64,000 bases of DNA from Minisyncoccota bacterium (GCA_041651055.1 JBAZJW010000001.1:627521-691520), one strand, 5' to 3'; counted from the stretch's first letter, positions 10,601 through 19,898 are shown. The notes: a model not told the origin generated them from the sequence alone. Made by a program: numbers and translations.

Positions 10601-11063
10601 GTATCGTCAGTATTATGGACCCTCATTACAACAGCAAAGATCAAGAGTAACTAGATCTACAGCTATAAGTCTTTGTGCTGCTCGAGTACGTGCAATACAG
10701 GGACGAAAGACTTCTGGACTTACGACATACAACGATGTATCAAAGATACGATGCACCTGGGGAACAGAACAGCTTTACCCACTCAGGACTTCATCTTTAT
10801 CAGAAGGGTCTCTTGTCCTTGGTTCTTCGACAGTCTGTACCAGCCTCCCATACAACCTTCATCGTGGAGCTGAATCTCCATCAGTAGTTTCTCTTCAGAC
10901 ATTTCTTTCCTCTAAAGGATTCCTAGAAGGAGAAGCTACCGGTTTCTACGGAGACAAAACGGTAGAAGCAGTAAAAGCATATCAATCATCGGTAAATCTC
11001 CCAGCTACAGGAATGGTCTACTCTTTCACACGAGAAGCTATACGAGCTGAAAGCTGCCAGTAA
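7602..11063 (+). CDS. giant secreted surface protein with Ig-like repeats and C-terminal PG-binding-like domain
   Basis: 1153-aa ORF. Signal peptide MKKYILSTLLFAIYLGFTGAEIASA. Several L.W.S....C...G Ig-like units. Last ~75 aa almost identical to the C-terminus of the 688-4263 protein (…GMVYSFTREAIRAESCQ). Confidence 0.85.
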   Translation: MKKYILSTLLFAIYLGFTGAEIASAVTSSYSIAPDVNVPVVTLSSNGKNVVNGSTVLISDRNEATLSWTSVGATSCTLNGVAIPTSGSQLFSNFKIDFGYAGNIFSCTNGFKSSRILFDTLGRSTNVESINIRVIPQSTYDVRPGEPAQIAIEGQGFSSCTLESEGALIKLVEPSTNTVHITPALQKNTTFKVTCTRGEYTKVKEFTIEVIPINPVKSKTCPLGQIYYSAEPAMVNGTYNRAYLGCAEAKPFTCLDGSTVYTKIFDKSSSFAINAQACSYPNVTDSALFVKVGEGEYIDSQTEGVANITIPDSASGKILVLYSDNPVHWIIANPNHVLIKKILILELESGLNTQRADGDIQNIPLEKIKLGGRFGNITTNLLGGFYGELSDEVNTFFKNSGNDIRALIVSLLKQGISLSPYDYYYASRASALPVGVSPSPTLYTKKQSEIDAKKAEEDAKKKAADAAIDRFWLGYKFASGLSFHSYVYENKNVSNDAILQNSYFYSAGPSPVPTTKAEAITRCKDDILSKVGQVAQCKWNGEVFASSTNPLPMMDNKLLFPSGAYSEYDGSTLIYSKPSISAINAKVFCDMSKTVHPNIKCTFDGIDTSTLDFARKTPGFLQIYGDRFSGYSKFFNSFATGNEGYSAENDCMHYYTYQKLGYIMQEPIFTGRSPEKYNIENFDKSKANALRMACYWNGHYFFSSPANYDPLNKLPESLPSISLPGTSLLRESAPFVEVKANKGTIQLGESVTLNWNSMYTDSCSASGAWSGELSTSSSIRSGSITKTPTALGEQKYIISCAGVGGTARHSVTVNVISQNEVSSSNQTNTLTQNTSGERLITSLTANPSTIFGKGTTTITFTSSGTDSCYIGNTRLSTSGAYVTPVLTYNPSYSPSVIFTLKCFKGESMTSRNISILVSSTSSPSAVLPAGCTSSTMYSPTTGVRCLATLATTPVCNSEQYLENGVCKNLTRICPDGRVISAMLSCGTSTVSTTATSSLLVYRQYYGPSLQQQRSRVTRSTAISLCAARVRAIQGRKTSGLTTYNDVSKIRCTWGTEQLYPLRTSSLSEGSLVLGSSTVCTSLPYNLHRGAESPSVVSLQTFLSSKGFLEGEATGFYGDKTVEAVKAYQSSVNLPATGMVYSFTREAIRAESCQ

Positions 11064-11114
11064 CAGCTTAAAGCTAAAGGCTGGAAGCTAGAAGAAAATA
11101 CAGAAAATAAATAC

Positions 11115-11149
11115 AAAGAGCGGCCACTTCGTGGCCGCTCTTTGTTTTT
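11115..11149 (+). terminator. rho-independent terminator
   Basis: AAAGAGCGGCCAC-TTC-GTGGCCGCTCTTTGTTTTT. Confidence 0.75.
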
Positions 11150-11211
11150 ACTGACCTACATGATAGAGTGATTTCTTGTGTGGTAGTTCTTTTAATTGGA
11201 GGTTTAACAAG

Positions 11212-11784
11212 ATGAATAAAAGTCCTCAAGAGGCAGCTCCTCGTAAAGTGGTAGAGTACCATCAATACTTGAAAGCTGTCCAACTGTATGTCGAGGATTT
11301 CGGTGTCTCTGCCCTTAAAGATCTCGTGGAAGATACACGGGATGTTTTGGCGGGAATTGATAGAGAGAAAACTCGTATCAAACGCGAAATTTGGAAGGAA
11401 ACGAAACAGACGTTGGTGTACCAGCTTGCTACACATGGCACAGTGTCCGTGATATCCCTTGATACGCCTGCATATGGGGGAGATGATGATGTCTCTCTTG
11501 CAGAATTAGTTCCGAGCGATGCCCGGTCTCCTCACGTGTCAGTGCTGCACAAAGAAATGGCAGCACTCGTCAACATCACGCTTGAAAAAGGTGATTTCAA
11601 GAAAAGAGAGAGGTTGGTATTGAGGATGCGCTACGGCATCGGCTGTGAGGAACAAACGCTTGAAATCATCGGTGCTCTGTTCGGAATAACTCGAGAAAGG
11701 GTACGACAAATTGAAGTGAAAGCTCTTAAGAAAGCAAAGCGGGTTCTTGCTTCCTATAAGGTGTACGTAGAACATGTTCTTTGA
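11212..11784 (+). CDS. sigma-70 family protein fragment (regions 3-4 only; no region 2)
   Basis: GGAGG RBS at 11199-11203, then ATG. SLDTPAYGGDDDVSLAELVPSD resembles the region 3-4 linker of primary sigmas. LVLRMRYGIGCEEQTLEIIGALFGITRERVRQIEVKALKKAKR is a region-4.2 HTH. No -10-binding region 2 and no upstream coding potential. Confidence 0.7.
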   Translation: MNKSPQEAAPRKVVEYHQYLKAVQLYVEDFGVSALKDLVEDTRDVLAGIDREKTRIKREIWKETKQTLVYQLATHGTVSVISLDTPAYGGDDDVSLAELVPSDARSPHVSVLHKEMAALVNITLEKGDFKKRERLVLRMRYGIGCEEQTLEIIGALFGITRERVRQIEVKALKKAKRVLASYKVYVEHVL

Positions 11785-11850
11785 AAGGGTGCATGCACAA
11801 CAAAAAGGTTGCGCGGCACCCTTTTTGTTTTTACATGGTACACTTTTTAT

Positions 11851-13023
11851 ATGAAAAAACTTTTTATTGTTGCCTTTAGTTTAAGTATGATGTCTTTTGT
11901 AAATGTACAAGCGGCATCATGTGTTTCTCTTACTACAAATCTTCAAAAGGGGACAGAGTCTTCTGTTGTCCTCTCTCTCCAAACATTTTTATATGCAAAA
12001 GGAATACTCAAAGCAACACCTAATGGGTATTTCGGTCCAGCTACATTGAATGCCGTTAAAATATATCAGAAAAATAACGGATTGTCTCAGGTGGGAAATA
12101 CTGGTCCCGCAACTCGCGCTGCCATAAAGAAGGAAACATGTAATGTTCCTGTATCTAATGCTCCAACTGCTTGCACCATGGATGCAAAAATGTGCCCTGG
12201 TGGTAGTTATGTAGGTCGCACTGGACCAAATTGCGCATTTGCTGCCTGTCCACCTGTCCAAGCCACATCCTCACAATCAATAAACCAAGCAATACAAGCA
12301 CCGGTTGCCGTGCTGCCAAAACCATACATTGATTCTATTGATAAAATGACGTTTATTAGTGGAGGGATAATGACTGCATCACTTACTCTTCACGGAAATG
12401 GGTTCAGTACATCATCTAATACAATAACCTTAAGACTACAGAATGCGAACAGGACTTACACCGTTGGCTCATTTCCTTCATCAGATGGACTAACACTCGC
12501 AGCTAGTTCTACTTTTACAAATACTCCTTTATCGTGCGGTATGAATTGTTTGGAAATAATTCCGCAAGGGGTTTATGAGGTTACTGTAACGAATAAAGGA
12601 GGGGAGAGTAATATCGGTTATATTTCTATAAAAACTATCACAACACGAAGTGTTACGGGTACAACGGATTCCGCCATTAAACAGCAATCAAAACAATCTC
12701 TTCTTGGAACTATCTATTTCACAAGCCTTGCTCCTGTAACGTTGGAGACAATAAATCTTATTTTTGAAGGAGCCCCCGCTCTTACTAATATGATGCTCAA
12801 AGATGAACTAACAGGCGAAACTATTGGTGGATTGTCCTCGTTTTCTCTTGGCAAGAAATTCTTAGCCGAAGGGCAGGGAAAGACATACAGTATTTATGCG
12901 GATGTTAATACGCCTGTTTCCGCCTCAGTAACTGCCTCGGGCTCACTTGAAGTGACTGATTTTATAGGTAAAAATCTCATCAAGGTTGCCATTCCTTCAT
13001 TCCTTTTTACTATTTCTGGGTAA
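11851..13023 (+). CDS. secreted protein with N-terminal PG-binding-like domain
   Basis: MKKLFIVAFSLSMMSFVNVQAAS signal peptide; C..L..NLQKGTESSVVLSLQTFLYAKGILKATPNGYFGPATLNAVKIYQKNNGL...ETC domain. Confidence 0.75.
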   Translation: MKKLFIVAFSLSMMSFVNVQAASCVSLTTNLQKGTESSVVLSLQTFLYAKGILKATPNGYFGPATLNAVKIYQKNNGLSQVGNTGPATRAAIKKETCNVPVSNAPTACTMDAKMCPGGSYVGRTGPNCAFAACPPVQATSSQSINQAIQAPVAVLPKPYIDSIDKMTFISGGIMTASLTLHGNGFSTSSNTITLRLQNANRTYTVGSFPSSDGLTLAASSTFTNTPLSCGMNCLEIIPQGVYEVTVTNKGGESNIGYISIKTITTRSVTGTTDSAIKQQSKQSLLGTIYFTSLAPVTLETINLIFEGAPALTNMMLKDELTGETIGGLSSFSLGKKFLAEGQGKTYSIYADVNTPVSASVTASGSLEVTDFIGKNLIKVAIPSFLFTISG

Positions 13024-13047
13024 CCTTGAGCTTCGTGCGAAGAGAAG

Positions 13048-13076
13048 TTGCATAAGCCAAATAAATGTGATAGTAT
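13048..13076 (+). promoter_or_regulatory. sigma70-type promoter for tuf: TTGCAT-17-TAGTAT with TG extension (TGaTAGTAT)
   Basis: The same extended -10 TGnTAGTAT is seen upstream of the rRNA locus, rplJ and rpsN. Confidence 0.5.
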
Positions 13077-13244
13077 TGCATAACTTACTTGGCACTTACT
13101 GAATCTTGCTTGGCTAGGTAGTGTTTGCAATTAATCGTTTTAGTTTCAATTTTATTTAGATAACTTAATAGTCCAATATCCTTCGAATCTGGATAGGGCA
13201 CAAGGCCTTAGAAAGTACGAGGAGACAAGACCCAACAAAAACAT

Positions 13245-14438
13245 ATGGCAGCAGAATTTGATCGCTCAAAACCACACGTAAACGTAGGAACAATTGGTCA
13301 CGTTGACCACGGAAAGACAACCCTTACAGCAGGTATCCTTAACGTACTTCACCTAATGGACCAAACCATTAAGATTAAAGGTATTGAAGAAATTGACAAG
13401 GCCCCTGAAGAAAAGGCTCGTGGTATTACTATTTCTCTTTCACACAGTGAATATTGGACAGCTAATCGTCACTACGCTCACATCGATGCTCCTGGTCACG
13501 CTGACTACATCAAGAACATGATTACTGGTGCAGCTCAGATGGATGGTGCTATTCTCGTGGTAGCAGCAACTGACGGACCTATGCCACAAACTCGTGAACA
13601 CATCCTCCTAGCCAAGCAGGTGGGTGTACCTCGAATGGTAGTATTCCTCAACAAGTGCGATATGGTTGATGATCCAGATATGATTGAACTCGTTGAAGAA
13701 GAAATTCGTGAACTCCTTACAAAGCAAGGCTTTGATGGTGCTAATACACCTATTATCCGTGGTTCAGGTCTCAAGGCTTCTGAAGCAACTGATATCAATG
13801 ATCCATGGGCACAGAAGATTGTTGAGCTCATGACTGCTCTCGATACATACATCGAAGTTCCAGAACGTGATATTACAAAGCCATTCCTTATGCCTGTTGA
13901 AGACATCTTCACTATCGAAGGACGCGGTACTGTGGTAACAGGACGTATTGAACGTGGAGTTGTTAAGATTAACGAAGAAATCGAAATCGTTGGTCTTAAG
14001 GATACGGTTAAGACAGTGGTTACGGGTATTGAAATGTTCAACAAATCACTTCCTGAAGGACGAGCTGGAGACAACGCTGGTATTCTTATTCGTGGAATCA
14101 AGAAGGAAGATATTATGCGTGGACAGGTTCTCGCTAAGCCTGGGAGCGTGAAGCCTCACACAGACTTCGAATGTGAAGTATACATTCTTAAGAAAGAAGA
14201 AGGTGGACGTCACACTCCATTCCTAAATGGTTACAAGCCACAGTTCTACGTACGTACAACTGACGTTACTGGTGAAGTTACACTTCCAGCAGGAACTGAA
14301 ATGGTTATGCCAGGGGACACTATCAAGTTTACGGTTAAGCTTCTCGCACCTATCGCTCTTGAAGAGCAGGGACGTTTTGCTATCCGTGAAGGAGGTAAGA
14401 CAGTTGGAGCCGGAGTGGTAACAAAGATAATTGCATAA
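13245..14438 (+). CDS. tuf: elongation factor Tu
   Basis: [55 protein letters not shown] motifs; 397 aa. Confidence 0.97.
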   Translation: MAAEFDRSKPHVNVGTIGHVDHGKTTLTAGILNVLHLMDQTIKIKGIEEIDKAPEEKARGITISLSHSEYWTANRHYAHIDAPGHADYIKNMITGAAQMDGAILVVAATDGPMPQTREHILLAKQVGVPRMVVFLNKCDMVDDPDMIELVEEEIRELLTKQGFDGANTPIIRGSGLKASEATDINDPWAQKIVELMTALDTYIEVPERDITKPFLMPVEDIFTIEGRGTVVTGRIERGVVKINEEIEIVGLKDTVKTVVTGIEMFNKSLPEGRAGDNAGILIRGIKKEDIMRGQVLAKPGSVKPHTDFECEVYILKKEEGGRHTPFLNGYKPQFYVRTTDVTGEVTLPAGTEMVMPGDTIKFTVKLLAPIALEEQGRFAIREGGKTVGAGVVTKIIA

Positions 14439-14477
14439 TTACTGTCTCGAAAAGACAGCCCTAAAAACCTTACAAGC

Positions 14478-14861
14478 ATGACAGCAACCGAAACAGCTAC
14501 AAAGACAGCAACAAAAAAGGCTGTAAAAGCACCAAAAGCAGTGAAAGCCGCTGAAGTACAGAAGCTTCGTATTCGCGTCCGCGCATATGAAAGCAAAGTG
14601 CTTGATGCTTCAGTAAAGCAGATCATCGATACGGCTCGCCGTTTTGAGGCTGTAATACTCGGACCGATTCCTCTTCCAACAGAAATCAAGAAGTACACCG
14701 TAAACCGTTCTTCGTTCATCTACAAAGATGCACGTGAACAGTTCGAAATGCGTGTGCACAAGCGTTTGGTGGATATTGTGAACCCGAATGCAAAGCTTAT
14801 TGAGGCTCTCACAAACCTATCACTTCCATCGGGGGTTGATATTGATGTAAAGATGGCATAA
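14478..14861 (+). CDS. rpsJ: 30S ribosomal protein S10 with Lys/Ala-rich N-terminal extension
   Basis: QKLRIRVRAYESKVLD...GPIPLPT...VDIDVKMA S10 core, preceded by TATKTATKKAVKAPKAVKAA. Confidence 0.9.
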   Translation: MTATETATKTATKKAVKAPKAVKAAEVQKLRIRVRAYESKVLDASVKQIIDTARRFEAVILGPIPLPTEIKKYTVNRSSFIYKDAREQFEMRVHKRLVDIVNPNAKLIEALTNLSLPSGVDIDVKMA

Positions 14862-14873
14862 ACAGTCAAACGT

Positions 14874-15479
14874 ATGAAATTCACACTCGCAACAAAACAG
14901 CATATGACAGAATTCTTCTCAGCAGATGGGAAGGTTCATCCTGCAACACTTCTTAAAGCATCACCATTAACGGTGACCGCTCTTAAGACTGTGGCCACAG
15001 ATGGTTACAATGCTATCCAAGTAGGTCAAGGGGAACAAAAGAAGGAACGTATTTCAAAGGCTTTGCTTGGACACCTCAAAGGATCTGCATATACCGTTGT
15101 AAAAGAATTTCGTACTGAACCTGGCGATCTAGCTATTGGAGCAACAATTGCTTGCGATATTTTCTCACAAGGAGATATCGTTACTATCTCAAGTATTTCA
15201 AAAGGTAAGGGATTCCAGGGTGTTATGAAGCGTCATGGAATGAAAGGAGGATGGGGACAGCACGGACAGAAGCACTCTGCACGTGAAGTTGGATCTATTG
15301 GTTCAACAGGACAGCAGCGTGTTAACAAAGGAAAGAGAATGCCAGGACGTATGGGAAGTGACAGAATTACACAAAAGAGTGTGACTGTGCTTGATGTTGA
15401 TACCGAAAACGGATACATCCTCATCAAGGGAGCCGTAGCTGGAAAGCGAGGGACACTTGTAGAAATCAAGGCAAACTAA
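14874..15479 (+). CDS. rplC: 50S ribosomal protein L3
   Basis: Position in S10 operon; sequence pattern typical of L3 (…GKGFQGVMKRHG…). Confidence 0.9.
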   Translation: MKFTLATKQHMTEFFSADGKVHPATLLKASPLTVTALKTVATDGYNAIQVGQGEQKKERISKALLGHLKGSAYTVVKEFRTEPGDLAIGATIACDIFSQGDIVTISSISKGKGFQGVMKRHGMKGGWGQHGQKHSAREVGSIGSTGQQRVNKGKRMPGRMGSDRITQKSVTVLDVDTENGYILIKGAVAGKRGTLVEIKAN

Positions 15480-15497
15480 ACTGATAGCTAAAAATTT

Positions 15498-16163
15498 ATG
15501 CAAGTAACAATCTACACAACAGAAGGAAAGGAAGCAAAGAAGCTCGATGTACCAGAGAATATTTTTGGTGCAAAGTGGAATGCTGACCTCGTATCGCAGG
15601 TACTCTACTCACAGGCGTCAAACCGTCGCGCTGGAACTGCTCACACTAAGGACCGTTCAGAGGTTCGTGGAGGAGGAAAGAAGCCATGGGCTCAAAAGGG
15701 GACAGGACGTGCTCGTCACGGATCATCTCGTTCTCCACTATGGCGTCATGGAGGTGTAACATTCGGTCCACGTAATGACAAGAATTACAAGAAGACAATT
15801 CCTAAGGGGATGAAAGTCGCCGCGCTTTACTCTTTGCTTTCTGCAAAGTTGGCTGCTGGTAAAATCATCTTCGTTGACACTATTCCTACACAGGCAGGAA
15901 AGACAAAGGATGCTGATACAACCATGAAAGGTCTTACAACAATCGAAGGGTTCAAGACACTTTGCTACAAGAAGCCAAACAACGTCTACATGACGATTGC
16001 AAAAGGTGACGATGTAACAAAGCGTGCTTTCCGTAACCTTCCATACATGACCCTTCACAATATGGACGACCTTAACCCACTTGATATCGCTAATAGTCGT
16101 TACTTGGTGATTGCAAATCCAGAAGAGACTATTGCATATCTTTCTGCTAAGACAAATAAGTAA
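15498..16163 (+). CDS. rplD: 50S ribosomal protein L4
   Basis: Operon position; L4-like sequence. Confidence 0.85.
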   Translation: MQVTIYTTEGKEAKKLDVPENIFGAKWNADLVSQVLYSQASNRRAGTAHTKDRSEVRGGGKKPWAQKGTGRARHGSSRSPLWRHGGVTFGPRNDKNYKKTIPKGMKVAALYSLLSAKLAAGKIIFVDTIPTQAGKTKDADTTMKGLTTIEGFKTLCYKKPNNVYMTIAKGDDVTKRAFRNLPYMTLHNMDDLNPLDIANSRYLVIANPEETIAYLSAKTNK

Positions 16164-16169
16164 ACGTAT

Positions 16170-16478
16170 ATGGCCACAAAGAAAATCACAACAGAAGAAA
16201 AGAAGGTAGAAGCAAAGCAGATTTTTGCTCCTCGTATGACAGAGAAGGCTTCACGCCAATCATCTGCGAACGCGTATACGTTTGTCGTTGCAAAGGATGC
16301 AACCAAACACTCACTCTTGGCTGAAATCAAGAAGGATTACAAAGTTACTCCAGTGTCAATCAATATCACCAATATGCCTCGTAAGAATACGTTCATTCGT
16401 GGCAAGTTCGGAACGACAGCAGGAATTAAGAAGGCGATTGTCTTTCTTAAGAAAGGGGACTCAATCACACTTGCTTAA
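16170..16478 (+). CDS. rplW: 50S ribosomal protein L23
   Basis: Operon position; L23-like 102 aa. Confidence 0.85.
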   Translation: MATKKITTEEKKVEAKQIFAPRMTEKASRQSSANAYTFVVAKDATKHSLLAEIKKDYKVTPVSINITNMPRKNTFIRGKFGTTAGIKKAIVFLKKGDSITLA

Positions 16479-16496
16479 TCTTTTTACTACAGAGCT

Positions 16497-17333
16497 ATGA
16501 AAACCTACAAACCAACAACCCCATCACGACGTAAGATGTCAACGGTAACCTACCGTGGAGTTCTTACAACGAATGATCCATATAAGCCGCTTACAACAGG
16601 ATTCCGTCGTGGTTCAGGTCGTAACGCATTCGGACGTATCACGTCACAGCATCGTGGAGGAGGACACAAGCGTTCTTTCCGTGAAATCGATTTCGTGTAT
16701 GACAAGCTTGATATTCCTGCAAAGCTTCAAACTATTGAATACGATCCAAACCGTTCTGGTTTTATCGCGCTCGCGGCCTATGCTGATGGAGCAAAGCGTT
16801 ATGTTCTCGTTCCACAGTCAATGAAAGTTGGTGACAAGTTCATCGTTTCAGAAAAAGCGGACCTTGAAGTTGGTAATCGTACCATGCTCAAGAATATCGC
16901 CGTAGGTACTTTTATTTACAACCTCGAAGTAAAGCCACGTGCAGGAGCTAAGCTCGTACGTGGAGCAGGGACATACGCACAGGTGGTTGCACATGATAAT
17001 GGATACACATCGGTCAAACTTCCTTCAACAGAAGTTCGTAAAATTGTTGATATGTGTTTTGCTTCTATCGGTGAAGTTTCAAACGGCGAATATCGTCTTC
17101 GAAATATCGGTAAGGCAGGACGTTCACGTCACCTTGGTATTCGTCCAAAGACACGTGCTATGGCTAAGAACCCAGTAGACCACCCATACGGAGGAGGAGA
17201 AGGAGCTCAGCCACGAGGAACACGTCGTCCAAAGACAAAGCAAGGTAAGACTACTGGAGGACATAAGACACGATCACCGAAGAAGTACTCAAACGTACAC
17301 ATCGTCTCTCGTCGTGTTGTGCGAAAGAAGTAA
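16497..17333 (+). CDS. rplB: 50S ribosomal protein L2
   Basis: SQHRGGGHKR, PYGGGEG motifs. Confidence 0.95.
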   Translation: MKTYKPTTPSRRKMSTVTYRGVLTTNDPYKPLTTGFRRGSGRNAFGRITSQHRGGGHKRSFREIDFVYDKLDIPAKLQTIEYDPNRSGFIALAAYADGAKRYVLVPQSMKVGDKFIVSEKADLEVGNRTMLKNIAVGTFIYNLEVKPRAGAKLVRGAGTYAQVVAHDNGYTSVKLPSTEVRKIVDMCFASIGEVSNGEYRLRNIGKAGRSRHLGIRPKTRAMAKNPVDHPYGGGEGAQPRGTRRPKTKQGKTTGGHKTRSPKKYSNVHIVSRRVVRKK

Positions 17334-17396
17334 TAACTTCCAAAAAACGCTTTACTTTCAAGAAAAATCTGATATAATTAAACCCCATTAACCACC

Positions 17397-17741
17397 ATGA
17401 CACGATCACTACACAAAGGTCCATACGTCGACGAACGAGTACTCAAAAAAGTTCTCGGCAAGCGTCCTGAAACAACAGGCGTCATTAAGACATGGATTCG
17501 CCGATCGGATATCGCCCCTGAAATGGTAGGCTTCACCTTCGGTGTATACAATGGCAAGACTCATATCGAAGTTCTTGTCACTGAAGATATGGTTGGTCAC
17601 AAACTCGGCGAATTTTCTCCTACACGTAAGTTCGTTCGTCACGGAGGAAAGATGCAAAAGGAAATTGATCAGAAGAAGAAGGAATCTGAAATTACTGCTG
17701 CCAAGACTGCGAAGGCAACGACTGACACTAAGAAGAAATAA
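17397..17741 (+). CDS. rpsS: 30S ribosomal protein S19 with Lys-rich C-terminal tail
   Basis: [10 protein letters not shown]...[11 protein letters not shown]. Confidence 0.92.
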   Translation: MTRSLHKGPYVDERVLKKVLGKRPETTGVIKTWIRRSDIAPEMVGFTFGVYNGKTHIEVLVTEDMVGHKLGEFSPTRKFVRHGGKMQKEIDQKKKESEITAAKTAKATTDTKKK

Positions 17742-17746
17742 TCTGT

Positions 17747-18079
17747 ATGAAAGCATCCCTCAACAACTACCGCCAATCACCTCGTAAGGTCCGTCTCATC
17801 ACGGAACTCGTAAAAGGAAAGTCTGCCGACAAAGCACAGGCTATTCTTGCACACCTCATCAAGCGTGGAGCTCTTCCAATCAAGAAACTTCTTGATTCAG
17901 CAATTGCAAACGCAGGTGTTCCTGCTTCTGATCTTATGATTAAGACAGCGACCGTGGACAAGGGGGTAGTTATTAAGCGTTGGATGCCTAGAGCTATGGG
18001 ACGAGCATTTCCAATTCACAAGCACACAAGTAAGGTAGCTATCGAGCTTGTTAAGAAAACTGATATAGTAAAGAAATAA
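17747..18079 (+). CDS. rplV: 50S ribosomal protein L22
   Basis: Operon position; L22-like 110 aa. Confidence 0.85.
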   Translation: MKASLNNYRQSPRKVRLITELVKGKSADKAQAILAHLIKRGALPIKKLLDSAIANAGVPASDLMIKTATVDKGVVIKRWMPRAMGRAFPIHKHTSKVAIELVKKTDIVKK

Positions 18080-18080
18080 T

Positions 18081-18779
18081 ATGACACACGTAGTACACCC
18101 ATATGCACATAGACTTGGAATCATCCGCGACTGGAAGTCACGTTGGTTCGGCAAGAATCAGGCTCATTATGTAGACCATCTTCGCGCTGATGTTCTTGTT
18201 CGTGCATGGCTTACGAAGAAGCTTCGCGGTATGTATCTTTCACAGATCGAAATCGAACGAAGTGAAAAGCAGTATCGTATTATGATTTACACCTCACGCC
18301 CAGGTATGATTATCGGCCGTGGTGGAGACGGAATTGATAAACTTCGTGCCGCTCTCAAAAAAGAAATGGCTCGTCTTAAGATTATCGTTCCTCAGGATGT
18401 AAAGCTCGATATTATCGAAGTTGCAAACCCTGAAGCAGATGCTGCTATCGTGGCTGCCATGATTGCAGAAGGTATCGAAAAGCGTCTTCCTTTCCGTCGT
18501 GTTCTCAAAACAACAATCGAAAAGGTGATGGCCAATCGTGATGTACAAGGAGCTCGTATCGCCGTATCTGGTCGTCTCGGTGGAGCTGAAATGGCTCGCC
18601 GTGAGCAGATCAAGCGTGGAGGTATTCCTCTTCAGACGCTCCGTGCTGATATCGACTTCGCTCGTGAAAAAGCTCACATGACCTACGGTGTTGTCGGTAT
18701 TAAGGTATGGATATACCGTGGTATGAAGTTTGATCTACCAACTAGTAAGGTTGCTAAGAAAGAAGGAACCAATAATTAA
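18081..18779 (+). CDS. rpsC: 30S ribosomal protein S3
   Basis: KH domain and S3-C pattern (…GRLGGAEMAR…). Confidence 0.92.
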   Translation: MTHVVHPYAHRLGIIRDWKSRWFGKNQAHYVDHLRADVLVRAWLTKKLRGMYLSQIEIERSEKQYRIMIYTSRPGMIIGRGGDGIDKLRAALKKEMARLKIIVPQDVKLDIIEVANPEADAAIVAAMIAEGIEKRLPFRRVLKTTIEKVMANRDVQGARIAVSGRLGGAEMARREQIKRGGIPLQTLRADIDFAREKAHMTYGVVGIKVWIYRGMKFDLPTSKVAKKEGTNN

Positions 18780-18785
18780 AAACGT

Positions 18786-19205
18786 ATGTTATTCCCAAAG
18801 AAAGTAAAACACCGAAAGTGGCAAACAGCTCGTCTCTCAGAAGACAAGCTTAATCGTCCAGAAACACGCGGAGTAACCGTAGCGTTTGGTTCTTTTGGCC
18901 TTAAAGCTGAAACTCCTTCACGTATCGCCGCTAATCAAATTGAAGCTGCTCGTCGCGCAATGCAACGTCATGCCGGCAAGACTGCCAAGGTTTGGATTCG
19001 TATTTTCCCTGATCGTCCTGTTACACAGAAGGCAGCAGAAGTACCGATGGGTAAAGGAAAAGGAGATCCAGATCGATATGTATTCGAGGTTCGTCCAGGA
19101 CGAATTCTCTTTGAAGTGGACGGTATTCCAGAAGCACAGGCACGTGAAGCGCTTCGTAAAGCTGGATGTAAGCTTCCTGTTAAAACTCGCATTGTCACTC
19201 GTTAA
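18786..19205 (+). CDS. rplP: 50S ribosomal protein L16
   Basis: L16 pattern; operon position. Confidence 0.9.
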   Translation: MLFPKKVKHRKWQTARLSEDKLNRPETRGVTVAFGSFGLKAETPSRIAANQIEAARRAMQRHAGKTAKVWIRIFPDRPVTQKAAEVPMGKGKGDPDRYVFEVRPGRILFEVDGIPEAQAREALRKAGCKLPVKTRIVTR

Positions 19206-19211
19206 ATTTAT

Positions 19212-19460
19212 ATGAAAACAACACAAACAAGAAAGAAAATAACAGGGAAGGTCGTCTCAGATAAGATGGACAAGACTGTCGTCGTAAACACATCTCGTTA
19301 TGTCGCTCACAAGAAATACGGAAAGTATTTCAAGATCGACAAGAACTACAAAGCTCATGATGAAAATAATGAGTACAAGGTAGGGGATATGGTTATCATC
19401 GAAGAGTGTCGTCCACTTTCGAAGGATAAAAACTTCACCGTTCTTGGAAAGAAGGCATAG
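19212..19460 (+). CDS. rpsQ: 30S ribosomal protein S17 (immediately follows rplP; no L29 gene)
   Basis: ITGKVVSDKMDKTVVV...YKVGDMVIIEECRPLSKDKNF. Confidence 0.9.
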   Translation: MKTTQTRKKITGKVVSDKMDKTVVVNTSRYVAHKKYGKYFKIDKNYKAHDENNEYKVGDMVIIEECRPLSKDKNFTVLGKKA

Positions 19461-19496
19461 CGCATTTATTTACTACTAAGTTAATTACTAACCACC

Positions 19497-19877
19497 ATGA
19501 TACAAGCAGGCACAAACGTAATAATCACAGACAACTCCGGAGGAAAACGCGGGCGCGTGTTTAAGGTGCTTGGTGGAAGTAAGCGTCGCTATGCATCACT
19601 TGGTGATATGGTTGTGCTTTCTGTTAAGGTTGCTGAACCTCGAAAGCAGACTAAGAAGAAGGATATTGTATACGCGGTTGTCGTTCGTACAACAAAGCAG
19701 GTGCGTCGTGAAGATGGATCATACATTTCTTTTGATGATAATGCTGTTGTTATTGTGGACAAGGTAAAGAAGGAACCGAAAGCAGGACGCGTATTCGGTC
19801 CTATTCCTCGTGAACTTTCTCTCACGGGTATCGATGGTTACAAGAAAATTGCTTCACTTGCTCCAGAAATCATCTAA
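19497..19877 (+). CDS. rplN: 50S ribosomal protein L14
   Basis: MIQAGTNVIITDNSGGKRGRVFKVLGG... Confidence 0.95.
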   Translation: MIQAGTNVIITDNSGGKRGRVFKVLGGSKRRYASLGDMVVLSVKVAEPRKQTKKKDIVYAVVVRTTKQVRREDGSYISFDDNAVVIVDKVKKEPKAGRVFGPIPRELSLTGIDGYKKIASLAPEII

Positions 19878-19898
19878 TACAATTTTAATAAAAAATAT

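Noticed and set aside
11064-11211. Possibility that the sigma fragment's missing region 2 is encoded upstream in another frame (frameshifted rpoD-like pseudogene)
   Set aside because: Only ~150 nt separate it from the preceding gene, and that stretch is occupied by a terminator hairpin and an AT-rich spacer with no sigma-like coding potential.
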